Positions 31,858 to 32,000 of a DNA stretch of 32,000 bases are shown here, one piece after another; positions within the stretch are counted from its first letter, which is position 1; each line of letters begins with the position of its first letter. The position numbers and the translations under genes were made by a program. The stretch comes from an uncultured archaeon (GTDB taxonomy: Archaea; Iainarchaeota; Iainarchaeia; Iainarchaeales; Iainarchaeaceae), in contig CAZNZM010000008.1 of the NCBI GenBank assembly GCA_964577555.1, positions 18,495-50,494 on the forward strand, given 5' to 3'. The notes beneath the pieces are model-generated. The model searched no databases. It was not told the origin of the DNA and worked only from the letters and a program-made list of their open reading frames with translations.

Positions 31858-32000
31858 TTATATTTTGCAGTTGTTGTTTGTGTATGTTGCTATTGCTGTT
31901 CCTAATAGTATGTTGTTGATTGTGTTGTTGGTTATGTTTGTCCAAGTTTTTGTTGTTGGATTGTATTGCATTGTTGCTTCTATCATACAGTTTCCTAATT
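31858..32000 (-). CDS. C-terminal end of a Thr/Asn-rich protein (partial, continues beyond the window). Possibly another surface protein.
   Basis: Manual reverse translation gives ...LGNCMIEATMQYNPTTKTWTNITNNTINNILLGTAIATYTNNNCKI*, with the stop at 31858-31860. The G/T-rich + strand composition matches the repeat region of the 1314-aa protein. Confidence 0.4.
   Translation of the reverse strand, partial: LGNCMIEATMQYNPTTKTWTNITNNTINNILLGTAIATYTNNNCKI

Overview
The window is an AT-rich (roughly 30% GC by eye), tightly packed archaeal chromosomal segment. Archaeal origin is supported by rpoH-rpoB, a CTP-type riboflavin kinase, archaeal-type riboflavin synthase, Ogg2-type glycosylase, geranylgeranyl reductase, and a C1:G72 tRNA-Tyr with a 37/38 intron. 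Small genes, Lys-rich tails and fused enzymes suggest a DPANN-like lineage, but that is inference only. Most genes are on the minus strand. Recognisable content falls into these groups:
- Transcription: rpoB (5' part, manually translated) and rpoH.
- Riboflavin: an rbkR-ribC-ribH operon.
- Repair: ogg.
- Isoprenoid lipid and glycan carrier genes: uppS, GGR, PAP2, and a large GT-C-like membrane protein.
- Nucleotide metabolism: a P-loop kinase::dCMP deaminase fusion.
- RNA modification: three consecutive RNA/SAM methyltransferases, one broken by a frameshift in a T9 run.
- Transport: two cation:proton antiporters, one fused to a GNAT acetyltransferase.
- Other: a divergent RpiA-like gene and a 48-aa CxxC-x17-CxxC zinc-ribbon gene missed by the ORF track.
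- Surface: a 1314-aa anchored protein with Ig-like repeats and several very recent internal duplications.
- tRNAs: six genes, all on the minus strand and none encoding CCA (Asp-GUC, Tyr-GUA, Thr-UGU, Glu-CUC, Met/Ile2-CAU, Thr-GGU).

The features least explained by ordinary annotation are:
1. Three non-coding, strongly strand-asymmetric oligo(T) arrays (about 1300-1826, 20384-20641, 30590-30788). They share embedded GC-words, TTTTTGCGAGCC and GTTTTTTTGTTAGCCAAATT.
2. A tRNA-Tyr carrying a 129-nt, highly structured intron and non-canonical D and T loops.

All protein calls rest on motif recognition from memory. No database search was possible.
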